Positions 33,129 through 45,802 of a DNA stretch of 64,000 nucleotides are shown here, one piece after another. The notes under the pieces are model-generated. The model was not told where the DNA came from. It was given only the letters and a program-made list of their open reading frames with translations, and did no database searches. The translations under genes were made by a program, and so were the position numbers. Position 1 is the first letter of the stretch; every line of letters starts with the position of its first letter. The stretch comes from an uncultured delta proteobacterium. Lineage in GTDB: Bacteria; Myxococcota_A; Polyangia; Polyangiales; Polyangiaceae. The stretch covers positions 928,001 through 992,000 of the forward strand of contig CAWKKR010000008.1 in assembly GCA_963850305.1 (NCBI GenBank), written 5' to 3'.

Positions 33129-33527
33129 TCAGCCGCTCGAAACGTCGTCGAGCGAGCGCTCGTTGTCCCGCACTTCGAGACGGTAACGACTGTTGACGGT
33201 CTCGATGTAAAACACGTCGCGGGGCGCGAGCCGGAGCACGCGCTTCACCGGCGTCGTCACGTATTCGTGCATGCCGTCGGAGAACTCGATCACGACGACC
33301 GAGCCCTTGCGCGGGGCGCGCACCAGCCGGCCGGTAACAGCTCTGGATCCGCGACCCAACTTCCGCAGCACGACCTGCACGAGGGTTACTCTAGCAACCG
33401 ACGGCCTCGAGCGCACCTCCATCTCGCTGCCAATCATTTGATCCGGGGTCCCGTCCGACCCCACGGGGGTCGTCCGCCTACCCATCCTCGCGGACTCGAC
33501 TCGCACCCGGGAGGGTGCCACGCCCAA
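33129..33527 (-). CDS. Small beta-rich hypothetical protein (true start possibly near 33380)
   Basis: Protein-like core VQVVLRKL...HEYVTTPVKRVL...IETVNSRYRLEV. Confidence 0.6.
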   Translation of the reverse strand: MGVAPSRVRVESARMGRRTTPVGSDGTPDQMIGSEMEVRSRPSVARVTLVQVVLRKLGRGSRAVTGRLVRAPRKGSVVVIEFSDGMHEYVTTPVKRVLRLAPRDVFYIETVNSRYRLEVRDNERSLDDVSSG

Positions 33528-33555
33528 ATAAGGGCGATCTGAGCGGGCGAAGGTT

Positions 33556-34803
33556 CTACGGTTGGGTAACGCCAGGCCGGCCGTGGCCCGCGAAATACGC
33601 GCGGAGAACGTCCCGGGCGATGTCGGCGGCCTTCACCTGCCAGATGGGTGTGTTGACCACCAACACCGACACCGCCACCTCGGGCTCGTCCGCCGGAGCG
33701 AACCCGACGAACCACGTGTAGTGCCGGTCCGAACTGCGTTCGGTGAGGGTGCCCGTTTTCCCCGCCACGGCAATTCCGGGAAGATACGTCTTGCCGGTCT
33801 TGTCGTGGAAGCTCCTGAACGCCGATCCCGCAGCGACGGTCTGCACCATCATCTTGCGCAGCTCGAGCGCCGTCTCTGGACGAATCGCGTGGCGAAGAAC
33901 GCGTGGCGGTCTCGAATCTTCCCAGATCTCGTCCTTGCCGTGCAGCACTTTCTCGACGATGCGCGGCTCGAGCGCGACGCCGCCGTTCGCCACGGTCTCG
34001 GCGAGCGACACCGCCGCGAGCGGCGAGAGAGTCGAATGCCAGAACCCGGCAGCGGCCCGCGCGAACTCGGGACCCGCAGGCGGCAAGTCGATCTTCGGGG
34101 CTTCGTTCGCGACCGCAAAAGGGACCGGAGCTCCGTACCCGAAAGCGCCGGCCATCGCCTCGAGCTCCGGCGGTTTGAGATGTTTCTGCGCGAGCCGTGC
34201 GAACACCACGTTGATACTGTGACCGAGAGCCTCGCCCATCGTCGCGCACCATTTGTCGCGCTTGGGATCGTCGATCAGCTCCTCGGCGAGGATCTGGCTC
34301 CTGCCGCCGTGGTAACACTGGGTGGTCCCCGCGTTGAGACCCGCCGTCTCGATGAGCGCCGAGCTCGTCACGACCTTGAAGACGCTCGCGGAGGGAGCTG
34401 TCGCGCGTACGTTGACGTCGAACGGGGGGCCATTGCTCACGTGACTCGCGTAGGCAATGAGCTTGCCCGTCTTCACGTCCATGAGCACCGCGCCGGTCTC
34501 CGGAATTCGGTACCGATCCATGACAGCGGTCGTCGTTCTCTGAACGTCCGGGTCCAGCGTCAGCTCCGCGGTGCGTCCGCCGCTGAGTGGGGCGGTGACG
34601 CGCCGGGGTAGCACGGTAAGATCGAGCAGATTCAGGCCGTCGAGGCTCGGCTCAGGCGCCTCGCTCGAGATGACGGACGGAGCAATTTTCGACAGAGGCC
34701 GCGTTACGTCACGGACGCCGACGTGGCCCTGGACGATCGGCACCAGGGCGCAAGTCATGCCCAGAGAAGCGCCGAGGCCGATCCATCTAGCGTAGGCACG
34801 CAT
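33556..34803 (-). CDS. Penicillin-binding transpeptidase domain protein
   Basis: SVFK, SIN and KTG motifs are intact. Confidence 0.9.
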   Translation of the reverse strand: MRAYARWIGLGASLGMTCALVPIVQGHVGVRDVTRPLSKIAPSVISSEAPEPSLDGLNLLDLTVLPRRVTAPLSGGRTAELTLDPDVQRTTTAVMDRYRIPETGAVLMDVKTGKLIAYASHVSNGPPFDVNVRATAPSASVFKVVTSSALIETAGLNAGTTQCYHGGRSQILAEELIDDPKRDKWCATMGEALGHSINVVFARLAQKHLKPPELEAMAGAFGYGAPVPFAVANEAPKIDLPPAGPEFARAAAGFWHSTLSPLAAVSLAETVANGGVALEPRIVEKVLHGKDEIWEDSRPPRVLRHAIRPETALELRKMMVQTVAAGSAFRSFHDKTGKTYLPGIAVAGKTGTLTERSSDRHYTWFVGFAPADEPEVAVSVLVVNTPIWQVKAADIARDVLRAYFAGHGRPGVTQP

Positions 34804-34895
34804 GTCTGCCCCGGTTACCCGCCCGAACGCCGATCGGGCAACTTTGTGCGAAGCGCCAATACGACGCCCGAGGCTACGTGGTAGGCTACGAAGAG

Positions 34896-36050
34896 ATGGG
34901 CAGTGCCCCGTTCAGCGCCAACCTCGAAGTAGAAAGCACCTCGGTGCTCCTCGCCCTTTCGGGCCCCCAGAGCAAACTGCTGGGCGAGCTTTCTCGTCAT
35001 TCCGGCGCGGACGTCAATCTTCGGGGCAATACCATCCTCCTTTCGGGTAGCGAGCCCGACGTGCGCGTCGCCCACCGGTTCCTGACCGATGCAGCCCTGC
35101 TGGTCGAAAAAGGCGTGGACATCGGGCCGAGCGACGTCGCGCATTCGCTCCGCTCGCTCCGCGGAAACCCGGACGCGAGTCTCACGGATCTCCTCGACGA
35201 GATCGTGCTCGTGTCGCCGCGACGGCGGCCCGTCGTGCCGAAGGGACCGACCCAGCGTCTCTACGTGGAGGCGATCCGCACGCACGATCTGACGTTCGGT
35301 ATCGGGCCGGCCGGCACAGGCAAGACGTATCTCGCGATGGCGCTCGCCGCGAGCGAGCTGATGAAGCGCACCGTGAAGCGCATCGTGCTCACGCGACCGG
35401 CGGTCGAAGCGGGCGAGAAACTCGGATTTCTCCCGGGCGACCTGGCGGAAAAAGTGAACCCGTATCTGCGCCCGCTCTACGACGCGCTCCACGACATGCT
35501 GGAATTCGACAAGGTCGATCAGATGCGCGAGCGCGGACAGATCGAGGTCGCGCCGCTGGCGTTCATGCGAGGGCGTACGCTCAACGACGCGTTCGTGATC
35601 CTCGACGAGGCGCAGAACGCGACGAGCGAACAGATGCGGATGTTCCTGACGCGGCTCGGATACGGCTCGAAGGCCGTCGTCACGGGCGACATGACCCAGA
35701 CCGATCTTCCTTCCGGGTCCCGGAGCGGCCTTCGCGAAGCGCGTGCGCTCCTCGACGGGATCGACGGCATCGCGTTCTGTCAATTCACGGACGCCGACGT
35801 CGTGCGACATCCGCTGGTTCAGAAGATCGTCGTCGCATACGAGCGCATGGACGAGCGACGGCGCGCGCGACACCCGGAAGACTCGTCCCCTCCGGGGTCG
35901 ACGGCGCCCTCGACGGAAAACGACGCGAAGGCGGAGCCGGTTCAGGAACCGGCCGCGAGCCACGCGGGCGCGGATTCGCGGGATCCATCCTCCGCCTCGC
36001 CTTCTTCCGCCGCGCCCTCGTCCGTTAAGGCGAAGAGCCGCGAGTCCTGA
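34896..36050 (+). CDS. PhoH family ATPase
   Basis: GPAGTGKT, RPAVEAGEKLGFLPG, MRGRTL and DEAQN motifs. Confidence 0.95.
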   Translation: MGSAPFSANLEVESTSVLLALSGPQSKLLGELSRHSGADVNLRGNTILLSGSEPDVRVAHRFLTDAALLVEKGVDIGPSDVAHSLRSLRGNPDASLTDLLDEIVLVSPRRRPVVPKGPTQRLYVEAIRTHDLTFGIGPAGTGKTYLAMALAASELMKRTVKRIVLTRPAVEAGEKLGFLPGDLAEKVNPYLRPLYDALHDMLEFDKVDQMRERGQIEVAPLAFMRGRTLNDAFVILDEAQNATSEQMRMFLTRLGYGSKAVVTGDMTQTDLPSGSRSGLREARALLDGIDGIAFCQFTDADVVRHPLVQKIVVAYERMDERRRARHPEDSSPPGSTAPSTENDAKAEPVQEPAASHAGADSRDPSSASPSSAAPSSVKAKSRES

Positions 36051-37511
<1,461 letters not shown>

Positions 37512-37804
37512 TTTTGGCTTCGGGGTGCGTCTGGCGGCTCAACCGATGAGGACGAGCCAGGTGCGCGCTCCACCCACATCTTCTTTGCGAAGAGGTTCGC
37601 GGCGACAGGACCGTAGACCGTAGGGAGCGCATATAAGCGCCGGCGTGCTCGCGTCTCGTCTCGCAACGGTTGCAAGTACCAGAAACTTTTGCGGGAGGAG
37701 GAGACGAACCTACAAGGCGGTTCATGACGCAGCGGACGCCGGGGAAACGCCTTTGTCCCGAGCGGCGCCCGGCGCGCGCACGTTCCGGGGCTTGTCGGTA
37801 GCCC

Positions 37805-37820
37805 GGGCTTGTTTCTTGCT
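37805..37820 (+). promoter_or_regulatory. Possible sigma-54 promoter
   Basis: GG-N10-GC spacing (gGGcttgtttcttGCt), about 58 bp before the ATG. Confidence 0.3.
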
Positions 37821-37877
37821 CTAACCTGACGTTTGGCCCGAGGTGCGTCCACCACCGGGGTACGGCAGGCGCGTACG

Positions 37878-40800
37878 ATGAGAGAGCACGCTTCACGGTC
37901 CCTGGCCTTCAAGATCACGCTCGGCGTCCTGATCGCGATCGGGTTCCTCGCGAGCTGTAACAAGAGCGACCACCCTCCCCTTCCCGGAAACGACCTGACG
38001 GCGAATCAGCCGCCGCCGGCTGGCTCCACGTGCGTGGACAACGACCACGACGGCTACGGCCAGGGTTGCATCGCCGGGCCCGACTGCGACGACACGAACG
38101 CCAGCATCACCAACCAGTGTTACCGGTGTGCGACCCCGAACGACGGTTGCCCCTGCACGACGGAAGGCCAGGTCGTCGCGTGCGGCAGTGAAGCCAGCCG
38201 TGAAGGCAACCGCGTCACCTGCGTGGACGGCGACCGCACGTGCACGGGCGGCGTGTGGGCCGCTTGCGTCGCGAAGACAGTGACGACCATGGATCTCTCC
38301 GCGGGAAGCCTCGTCCCGCTGGCGGTCGCGACGAACCCGGCCGTGTGCGCGGCCAACGTGTGCGACCCCTTTTGCCACCACTTCGACAACTCGACGCCCC
38401 CCGCGATCGACTCGAACACGGTGCTCGACGGGGGCGTCTCGCTCGTCAATTCCGCGGGGGGATCGAGCGGGACGGGAGGGACCGGCGCGGGGGGATCGAG
38501 CGTGTGCTCGAACGTGACGGAGAACGCGACGCGCTATCCGATCGGGGTGGTGACCACGGTTCAACTGTCGACCTCGAAATCCGCGGAAGTCACGACCGTC
38601 AAGAGTGCGCTGAAGTCGTTCTTCACGAGCAGCAGCGTGACCGGGATGACGATGGGCTTCGACAAGTACCCGTGCCCCAGCTGCACCAAGACGAGCGGCT
38701 GCGGCACAGCCGACATGTGCTGCGCGACGAACTACGACGACACGAGCGGCGGCGCGACTGCGACCAAACCCCCGAACTACATGGTCGTCCAGATGGGGAT
38801 GATGCCGGGGACGGGAACGCGCAACAGACCAAGATGACGACCGCCGTGACTGCGCCTCACGACGTCGAGCAACGTACCGATGCTGGCGGCACTTTCCGGC
38901 GCGCTGGACGCGGCGCAAGCGTGGGGGAAGCTACCGGCAAACCTCGCGGCGGGAGCAAAACCCGTGGTCGTGCTGGTCGCCGACCAGCTCCCGAACGAGT
39001 GCGGCGTCTGCGGCGGAAAGTCCAAAAAGTCCGCAAAGAACCAGGCAGCTTGTTGCGTCCAGGCCGTCGCTCAGCTTGCGGAGCAATACTACTACGATGC
39101 CACGCTTCCCGTGACGACGCTCGTCGTCGGGGTCAGCGACACCGGCGCCGCCAACCTGAAGTATCTGGACACGATCGCGCGAGCCGGCAGTGGCGGAAAG
39201 TACGGCGTTTTTACCGCCGACGCGACGGGCGGCACGACGACCGCCCTCGTTGCTGCGCTCAATGCGATCCGCACCGACTCGCTCACGTGCAATTACCCGG
39301 TCCCGCTGCCTCCGAGCGGCACCGGCGTCATCGATCCGGCCACGACGAAAGTGACGCTCAGCGGCGTGAACATCCCACGAGTGACCGCTCTTGGAGATTG
39401 CGGCGACAACAGATGGCTTCTTCTATGATGCGACCGGCCCCAGGTGACCCTCTGCCCCACGACGTGCACGACGGCGGAGAACAACCTCACCGCGAACATT
39501 CAGGTCACGTACAGCTGCGATTCCTCCTGTAGCTCCCAGTCCGCGGAGGCCGTGTCGGGACCGCTCGATATCCTGTTCCTGATGGACCGGACCTCGGGCA
39601 TGGCGAACGATCTGACCGACTCGAGCGGCAACGATGTCGGAGTGACGGCGTGGAGCGCCGCGGAGACCGCCGTTCGGAACTTCGTCCGGGATCCCGACGT
39701 GGCAGGGCTGGAAGTCGGACTGAGCTACTACCCCATCGTGTCCGATTGCTACACGTGCGAATATGGGAGCCTTCTTTCGGGATATAATCTGAGCTATTGG
39801 CCCTTTTGCAACAAGACTCTCACCTCCGGAACCTACGGGGACTGCGTGGACAACGGCTCGTCGCCATCCGTCCCGGCGACGGGCGATGACGACAGCGAGT
39901 ACTTCGCCGATGAAGAGGGCACCACCGAGTGCACGTCGTCGGACTATCTCCGACGCTACGGCCTGGCGACACCCACCGGGCTCGGCGCCACCCAGGGGGT
40001 GGACTTCAACGTCATTCCAGGCTCGGGCTCCACACCGTTCTGGGAGACCCTCTTCGACTCGATGGATCGGACCGTCCCGGATTCGAGCTCGGGCAGCCCG
40101 TCCACCATCGCTCTGACCGGTGCGCTGGCGTATGCCGAAAGCCACCAGACGGCGAATCCGACGCACAAGACCGTCGTCGTCTTCATCTCCTCGGGAATCA
40201 CCTCGACGCCGGCAAACGACGAACTGCAACACCACGAAGCTTGCGTGTACCGGGGTGACCATCAAGTCAACGGCACTACGCCGCGACGATCAAGACCGAC
40301 ATGGTCGCCGAGCTCCAGTGCATCGCCGCCAAAGGGCACAGCGCGGGCGTCGACACGTACGTCATGGGGATCGGAAACGCCGTCACCGCCGCGAACATGA
40401 ACCTGATTCAGAGCTCCGGCACTGGCGCCGCTTACCCGACCGCGTTCACGATCACCGACGCCTCGGATCCGAGCGCCTTCATCAACGCAATGCTCAGCAT
40501 CCGCCGCCAGGCGATGAACTGCAACTTCGACATCCCGACGCCGTCGAGTGGGACGCTCGATACGACGCCCGCGAACGTCTCGGTCCACCTGTCGGCTACC
40601 GTCTCGCCCGCGACGAGCGAGTCCGACTACACGCTGACGAACGTCACCGGCAGCTCCGCGTGTAGCGGCCAGAACTGGTATTACGACAGCAACACGACGC
40701 CTACCCTCATCAATCTGTGCCCGACGCCCTGCACGAACCTGCGAAACGACCTGAATTCGCGGGTGGACATCAGCTATCAGTGCGTCGTGCCGACGCCGCC

Positions 40801-41296
40801 CCCTCCGCCACGCCGAGTTACAGCGCCGGCACCGCGACGTTCGAGTTCGACGCGGACGGCGTGTGCGCCGCAGACCAGCTGCCGTCGTGGGAAGACTTCT
40901 CGTACCAGTCGACGACGCCGGGTAACAGTAGCATCACGTTCATCGTCGCAACCGGCACGCGGGACTCCTCCGGGAACATCACGAATCTGACATCGGACGT
41001 GCCGCTTCAATTCACGAAGACGTCACTGAGCGGAGATCATGCTTGCGCCGCCGCGTGGACGAGCGGGCCCGCCGACGCCTGCGGTTATTCCGAGGACACG
41101 GAGATCATGGGCCCACAGTTCGGCGCGCTTCGTTCGGGCGACATCCTCGTCGATACGACACTCCAAGCAAACTCGCTCTCACGCAATCTGAACTACCTCC
41201 GCATCAAGGCCACGCTCAACCCATCGAGCGACGGGACGCAGACGCCGAAGATATCGAACTGGGATCTCCAGAATCTCCTGCGTGACGTCCCAATGA
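37878..41296 (+). CDS. Large Cys-rich lipoprotein with two VWA-like modules, multiply frameshifted
   Basis: Lipobox LASC, DNDHDGY..DCDD motif, VVVLVADQLPN, LDILFLMDRTSGM, and a duplicated C...P..G..D...YD...LCP..C module. The corrected stop overlaps the next ATG as ATGA. Confidence 0.7.
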
Positions 41297-41984
41297 CGAG
41301 AGTGCTCATGGAAAATCTTCCTGCACTTCTCGCTTCGACCCTCCTCGCCGTCGCTGCTTGCTCGGGAGGCAACGCTCACGCGCCGCTCGTGGCGGTTGGC
41401 GCTGGCGGTAGCAACGCGGACGCATCCACGGGGAGTTCGGGTGGCAGCGGGGCGGTAATCGGATCGGCCGGCGGCGGGTCGAACATAGGCGGCAGCGGAA
41501 CGAACGGAGGTGACGAGAACGCAGGCGGCACCGACCAGAACGCGGGCGGCGCTGGAGAAAACTCCGGGGGAACGGGCCAGAACGCAGGCGGCACCGACCA
41601 GAACGCGGGCGGCACGGCGGGTTCGGACGGCACCGGCGCGACCGGCGCCGCCACTGGCGGTGCCGGAGGCGCGGGAGAAGGAGCGGGCGGCCAAGCCACG
41701 GTCCCGGAATGCACGATCTCGAGCGGAGTAGCGGGCTGCGATAGCTGCGTGCAGAGGCATTGCAACACCCCTTGCTATACGTGCCAGACGGACAGCGAGT
41801 GCAACGCGATCATCCAGTGCATCTTCGGCACTTGCTTGGACGACCAGGGGGCCATGGATCAGACGTGCGCCGGCCAAGTGCGAGAGCGCGCACCCGGGCG
41901 GCAAGCCGGACTTCAATGACTTCGTCGATGAACCAGGATGCGTGCGCTCGAGTTTACTGCGAGTGCTTCTGCAACTTCTTCTGA
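41293..41984 (+). CDS. Gly-rich/Cys-rich lipoprotein, frameshifted near the C-terminus
   Basis: Lipobox VAAC, NAGG repeats and CDSCVQRHC..C..C...C. Confidence 0.7.
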
Positions 41985-42396
41985 CGAGCGCCCTCGCGGG
42001 AAACATGCCGGATCCAGCTCGCCTCGCGACGCGCCTCGTCATCGCCGCCATCGATCGGGCTTCGCGTTCCTGAGTGCCCGCCAGATCCTCGTGCTCGCGC
42101 GCGGCAGCGGATCGTTTACGCCGGCATGACGGCGTTGTCTGCGCCATGGTCCGCCGCCGCCAGCCGGACGACACCACCCCGTGGCGCGTGAGCGACGGTA
42201 TCGTGCCGCCGCCAGCCGCGAACGCGACGCGAGGGACAGCTCGTCGCGTGGCTCGGGAGCCATTATCCGGTATTGACGCTGCGAGATGAACGACGATCCG
42301 GCTGCGTCATCGTGCGCGAAGGACATCGATCTCGGTGGCGGCCCGCCGCGCGCGCTCTTCGTCGAACCCGGGCTAGGGACTCGTCGGACGGGAGCC

Positions 42397-43883
42397 GTGA
42401 CGCCGGTGCCGCGCCACGTTCCGTGGCTCCTTGCGTTGCTTGTCGGCGTTCGTTCAAGCACACGGCGCGACGACGTCCGGGGCACCTCATGTGGCTCGCG
42501 CCCGTGCCCTGGGGCGCGGCGCTCATCCTCGCGTGCCGCGATCTCGCCGCGTCGAGCGCGGCGGCCCGAGGGCGGCACGCTCGGCGCTCTGATCGGCTTC
42601 GTCTCGAGCGCTCATCTCTGGGGCATCATCTATTACCACGAGGCCGTATACCTCCTGATCCTCGCGTATCATGCGGTCGTCTGGGGACTCTTCAGCGCTT
42701 GGGCGGGCGTGTGCATCGTTCGCGGCGGGAAACACCACGCGCTCGCCGCCGCGGCTGGATGGGCGTTCATCGAAACGGTGAGATCGAGCGGCTCGATCTC
42801 GTTCCCTTTCTACTTCGGGGGCACGCTTGCGGACGAGCTCCCGGTCGCGCAAATCGTGAGTGTCGTCGGGACCGAGGGGCTTATCCGGGCTTCTATTCTG
42901 GGTTGGGTTCTCTCTCGCCGGACCCTTCGCGACGCTGTGGGGCGAGCGGCGCTGGGCGAAGCCGGGATATTTCTTGCCGGCGCTCGTCACGGCGACGCTC
43001 GCAATTGGCGGCGGAGCGCTGCGTCTTGCCACGTCGCCAAAAGCGCTCTCCACGATCCGCGTGAGCGCGCTCCAGGGCTCGATACCGTCATGGCTATACT
43101 CGCTCGCGACGGGGGCCGGCCCCTTTCAGGCCGTCGTCGAAGAGCAGTACGGCTTTCTGTATCGCGAAGCGCTGGCGTCGAAGCCCCCGCCGGATCTGGT
43201 CTTGTTCCCGGAGACGGCATTCGACTGGCACATCCTTCCGACGACGGCGGCGATGCGCCGGCTGCGCCCGTTCAGCGTCACCCGTCTCCCGCGGAAGACC
43301 GCCGTCATGTTCGGTGCGAGCTTCACCGACCGCCACGCGCACGGTTCCGTGAACGGCGTGGGCATCGCGACGCCGGATCGTCAGGGGCTGCCGGTGCTCA
43401 GAAGCGTCGTGACGAAGCACGAGCTCGTGCCGTTCATCGAGGTGCGCCATTCGCCGTCTAATCAGTGGCAAGTGGCGCACGTCGACGGCCGTACCATCGG
43501 TCGTCATGATCTGCTACGAGTCGATGTATCCAGAAGCGGCGCTCAACGCCGCGCAGCGGGGCGCACGTCTCTTGACGATCTTGTCCGACGACGCCGGCAT
43601 GCGTCGAGCGGCGATCGCCTGGACGCACGCCGAGCAGGCGCGCATGCGCGCGATCGAGGTGGGTCTGCCTCTGGTTCGCGATGGGCAAGCCGGAGTCTCG
43701 TACATGACGGACGCTTACGGTCGCATGCTCGGACGTCTCGACTCGTGGCAGACCGGGACGCTCACGCGCGATGTCCCGCTCCAGGACGTGAACACGATCT
43801 ATCGCCAGGTCGGACGGGGCTGGGCGTTCTTGTGGGCCCTGCTGGCGCTTGCGCCGGTGGTCCGGCGAAGACGACGCGGGTGA
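42397..43883 (+). CDS. lnt: Apolipoprotein N-acyltransferase, frameshifted
   Basis: TM segments, LQGSIP and the nitrilase triad FPET, KHELVPF and ICYE, plus RMRAIEVG. Confidence 0.8.
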
Positions 43884-43916
43884 GGTGAAACGCAAGCTCG
43901 ACTCGGGCGAGCACGG

Positions 43917-45212
43917 TCAGTTGCTCGCGCAAACGGTCGGCGTCGCGGGGACGCACTCTTTCGATTGGGAATCGCACACCAGGGACAGCGCGCACGTCTG
44001 CACGCTGAACGAATCGACTGGATCGCAAGGAGCCCCCTGAGCGATGCGCGGCAAGCACACGCCGCCCTTGCAGTAGCTGTCGCCGTCGCACGCCGTGTAT
44101 CCCGTGGGTCCGACCCCGACGCCGCACGCTTCACCGCCGCCGTCCATCGCTCTGGCGACGGGTATCGCCTGACAAACACCCTGGGCGCAGATCAGCATGC
44201 CGGCCAAATCGCACGCGTCCGCGTCCACCGAACAGTCTCCGCCCTCCTCCGCCGGCGACCCACACTGGCCACTCCGGCAAACTAGCCCGGCGACGCAATC
44301 GGTGGAGCTCCGGCAGCTCTGCCCCCGCTCGCTCGCGCGGACGCAAACATTCTGAAACCCGCAGACGAGACCCATCGCGCAACCCGAACCAACCGAACCG
44401 CACGGCTCCTTCAGCCCCGGAGCTTCCACGCAATGACCGCAGGACTCGAACGGAAGCACGCTGCACGCTCCGCCCGCGCACTGATCGTCCGTCTGACAGA
44501 CGGCTCCGTCGGACAACGTTCCGGGCGCGGGCCGCGTCGCCGGGCAGACTTCGTCGGCGACGCAGCCACAAGGTGCATTGATCAGCGCGGCAGCGCAATC
44601 GTGCGCATCGGACAGACTCGTCGCCGGCTGTCCGGGAAGCCCGACGGTCGACTGGCACTGGACCAAATAAGTCGCCACGCAAGCGTCGTGACCGCCGAAC
44701 AAGACGAGGTCGGCCGGGTGACAGAGCTCGAGGCGCGTACACTGCTCCTCCGCGACCGCCTGGCACGGATCGCTCGGTACCGTGAGGTTCCCCACGGGGC
44801 TGCAATCCATTGCAGTGACGGGGCCCGCATCGAGTACGATGGGGCCGGCGTCGATCGGCGCGCTCGATCCGCCCGCGTCGAAGTGCGCCGGGGCATCGCC
44901 CCCCGCGCCACCCGTTCCGGCAAACCCGCGATAAAGCCCGCCGCTCCCGGCTTCCATCGGCGAACCCGAATCCACGCTGGCGTCCAAGGAACTCCGGGAT
45001 CCACCCGCCGACGCGTCGAGCAACCCACCCGCCGCGGCGTCCGCTCCCGTGACCCCTCCGGTGCCTCCGGCACCGCTCGCCCCGATGCTAGCCGGATGCT
45101 TGCTACTCCCGCATGCGATCACGCACCACGCCGAGACAAAGACAACTCCAAGGATCCGCACGGCACGGGAATCTATCACAAGCCTGCGCGCGCGCTCCGA
45201 CGGAGGCGGCAT
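43917..45212 (-). CDS. Cys-rich lipoprotein with Dickkopf-like repeats
   Basis: Lipobox VIAC, Gly-rich/DAG linker and repeated G..C....C..GL.C units. Confidence 0.75.
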   Translation of the reverse strand: MPPPSERARRLVIDSRAVRILGVVFVSAWCVIACGSSKHPASIGASGAGGTGGVTGADAAAGGLLDASAGGSRSSLDASVDSGSPMEAGSGGLYRGFAGTGGAGGDAPAHFDAGGSSAPIDAGPIVLDAGPVTAMDCSPVGNLTVPSDPCQAVAEEQCTRLELCHPADLVLFGGHDACVATYLVQCQSTVGLPGQPATSLSDAHDCAAALINAPCGCVADEVCPATRPAPGTLSDGAVCQTDDQCAGGACSVLPFESCGHCVEAPGLKEPCGSVGSGCAMGLVCGFQNVCVRASERGQSCRSSTDCVAGLVCRSGQCGSPAEEGGDCSVDADACDLAGMLICAQGVCQAIPVARAMDGGGEACGVGVGPTGYTACDGDSYCKGGVCLPRIAQGAPCDPVDSFSVQTCALSLVCDSQSKECVPATPTVCASN

Positions 45213-45228
45213 TTTCGAGGTTCCGAGG

Positions 45229-45304
45229 GCGCATGCGGGCCATCGAAGTCGGTCTACCGCTCGTGCGTGACGGGCAAGCGGGCATCTCCTTCATGACGGA
45301 CGCT
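45229..45304 (+). pseudogene. Diverged 76-nt copy of an lnt segment
   Basis: RMRAIEVGLPLVRDGQAGISFMTDA versus ...GVSYMTDA at 43640-43715. Confidence 0.85.
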
Positions 45305-45327
45305 CCCCTGCGCGTTCGAGAGCAGGG

Positions 45328-45355
45328 TCGACAGCAATGTTATAATGGTTATAAT
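45328..45355 (+). promoter_or_regulatory. Sigma-70-like promoter with a duplicated GTTATAAT
   Basis: TCGACA-N16-TATAAT. The ATG is 6 nt downstream, so the mRNA is likely leaderless. Confidence 0.55.
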
Positions 45356-45361
45356 ATCCCG

Positions 45362-45802
45362 ATGCGTCTGGTCATTCGCTCGGTCGGCAACTCCCTCGGA
45401 GTCATCATTCCGAAGTCCGCGCTCGAGTCGTGGGGTGTCGGCAAGGGGGACACGCTCGAGCTGACGGAGCGCGGGATCCGTCCGACGAGGACCCGACGGG
45501 GCGGACACGACACGCTCGACGAGCTCAAGCGTCGCCTCGCCGCCGCCGTGACGGCGAGCCACTCGCCCAGGGAGATCCGCGCGCACGGGCTCGCGAACCT
45601 CCATCGCTGGAAGCGCGCGGGGACGTGGATCTCGGCCTACGACGAGTGGCAGCGCATCCTGGAAAGCGGGGACGACGGCGAGCTGTTCGCCGCCATGCTC
45701 GGACGAGACGAACGGGGAAACCGGCTGCGCCAGTCCCCTCCGTACGTGGGTCTGCTCCCGCGCGAGGAGGTCGAGCGGCTCAATGAAGAAGCATCACCTT
45801 GA
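45362..45802 (+). CDS. AbrB/MazE-domain protein, putative antitoxin
   Basis: IRSVGNSLGVIIPK...GDTLEL N-terminus with a helical C-terminus containing RLRQSPPY. Confidence 0.8.
   Translation: MRLVIRSVGNSLGVIIPKSALESWGVGKGDTLELTERGIRPTRTRRGGHDTLDELKRRLAAAVTASHSPREIRAHGLANLHRWKRAGTWISAYDEWQRILESGDDGELFAAMLGRDERGNRLRQSPPYVGLLPREEVERLNEEASP

Noticed and set aside
40717..41919. Single 400 aa ORF from the track
   Set aside because: It is an artificial fusion of the VWA protein's C-terminus with the next lipoprotein, caused by an extra base near 41272.
42006..42396. Small membrane protein upstream of lnt
   Set aside because: It would need several frame corrections and cannot be reconstructed with confidence.
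37878..43883. Programmed frameshifting or true pseudogene cluster
   Set aside because: No consistent slippery sites were seen and catalytic motifs are intact. Sequencing indels are the simpler explanation.
43640..45304. DGR template/variable repeat pair
   Set aside because: Differences are mostly third-position and not adenine-specific, and there is no reverse transcriptase.
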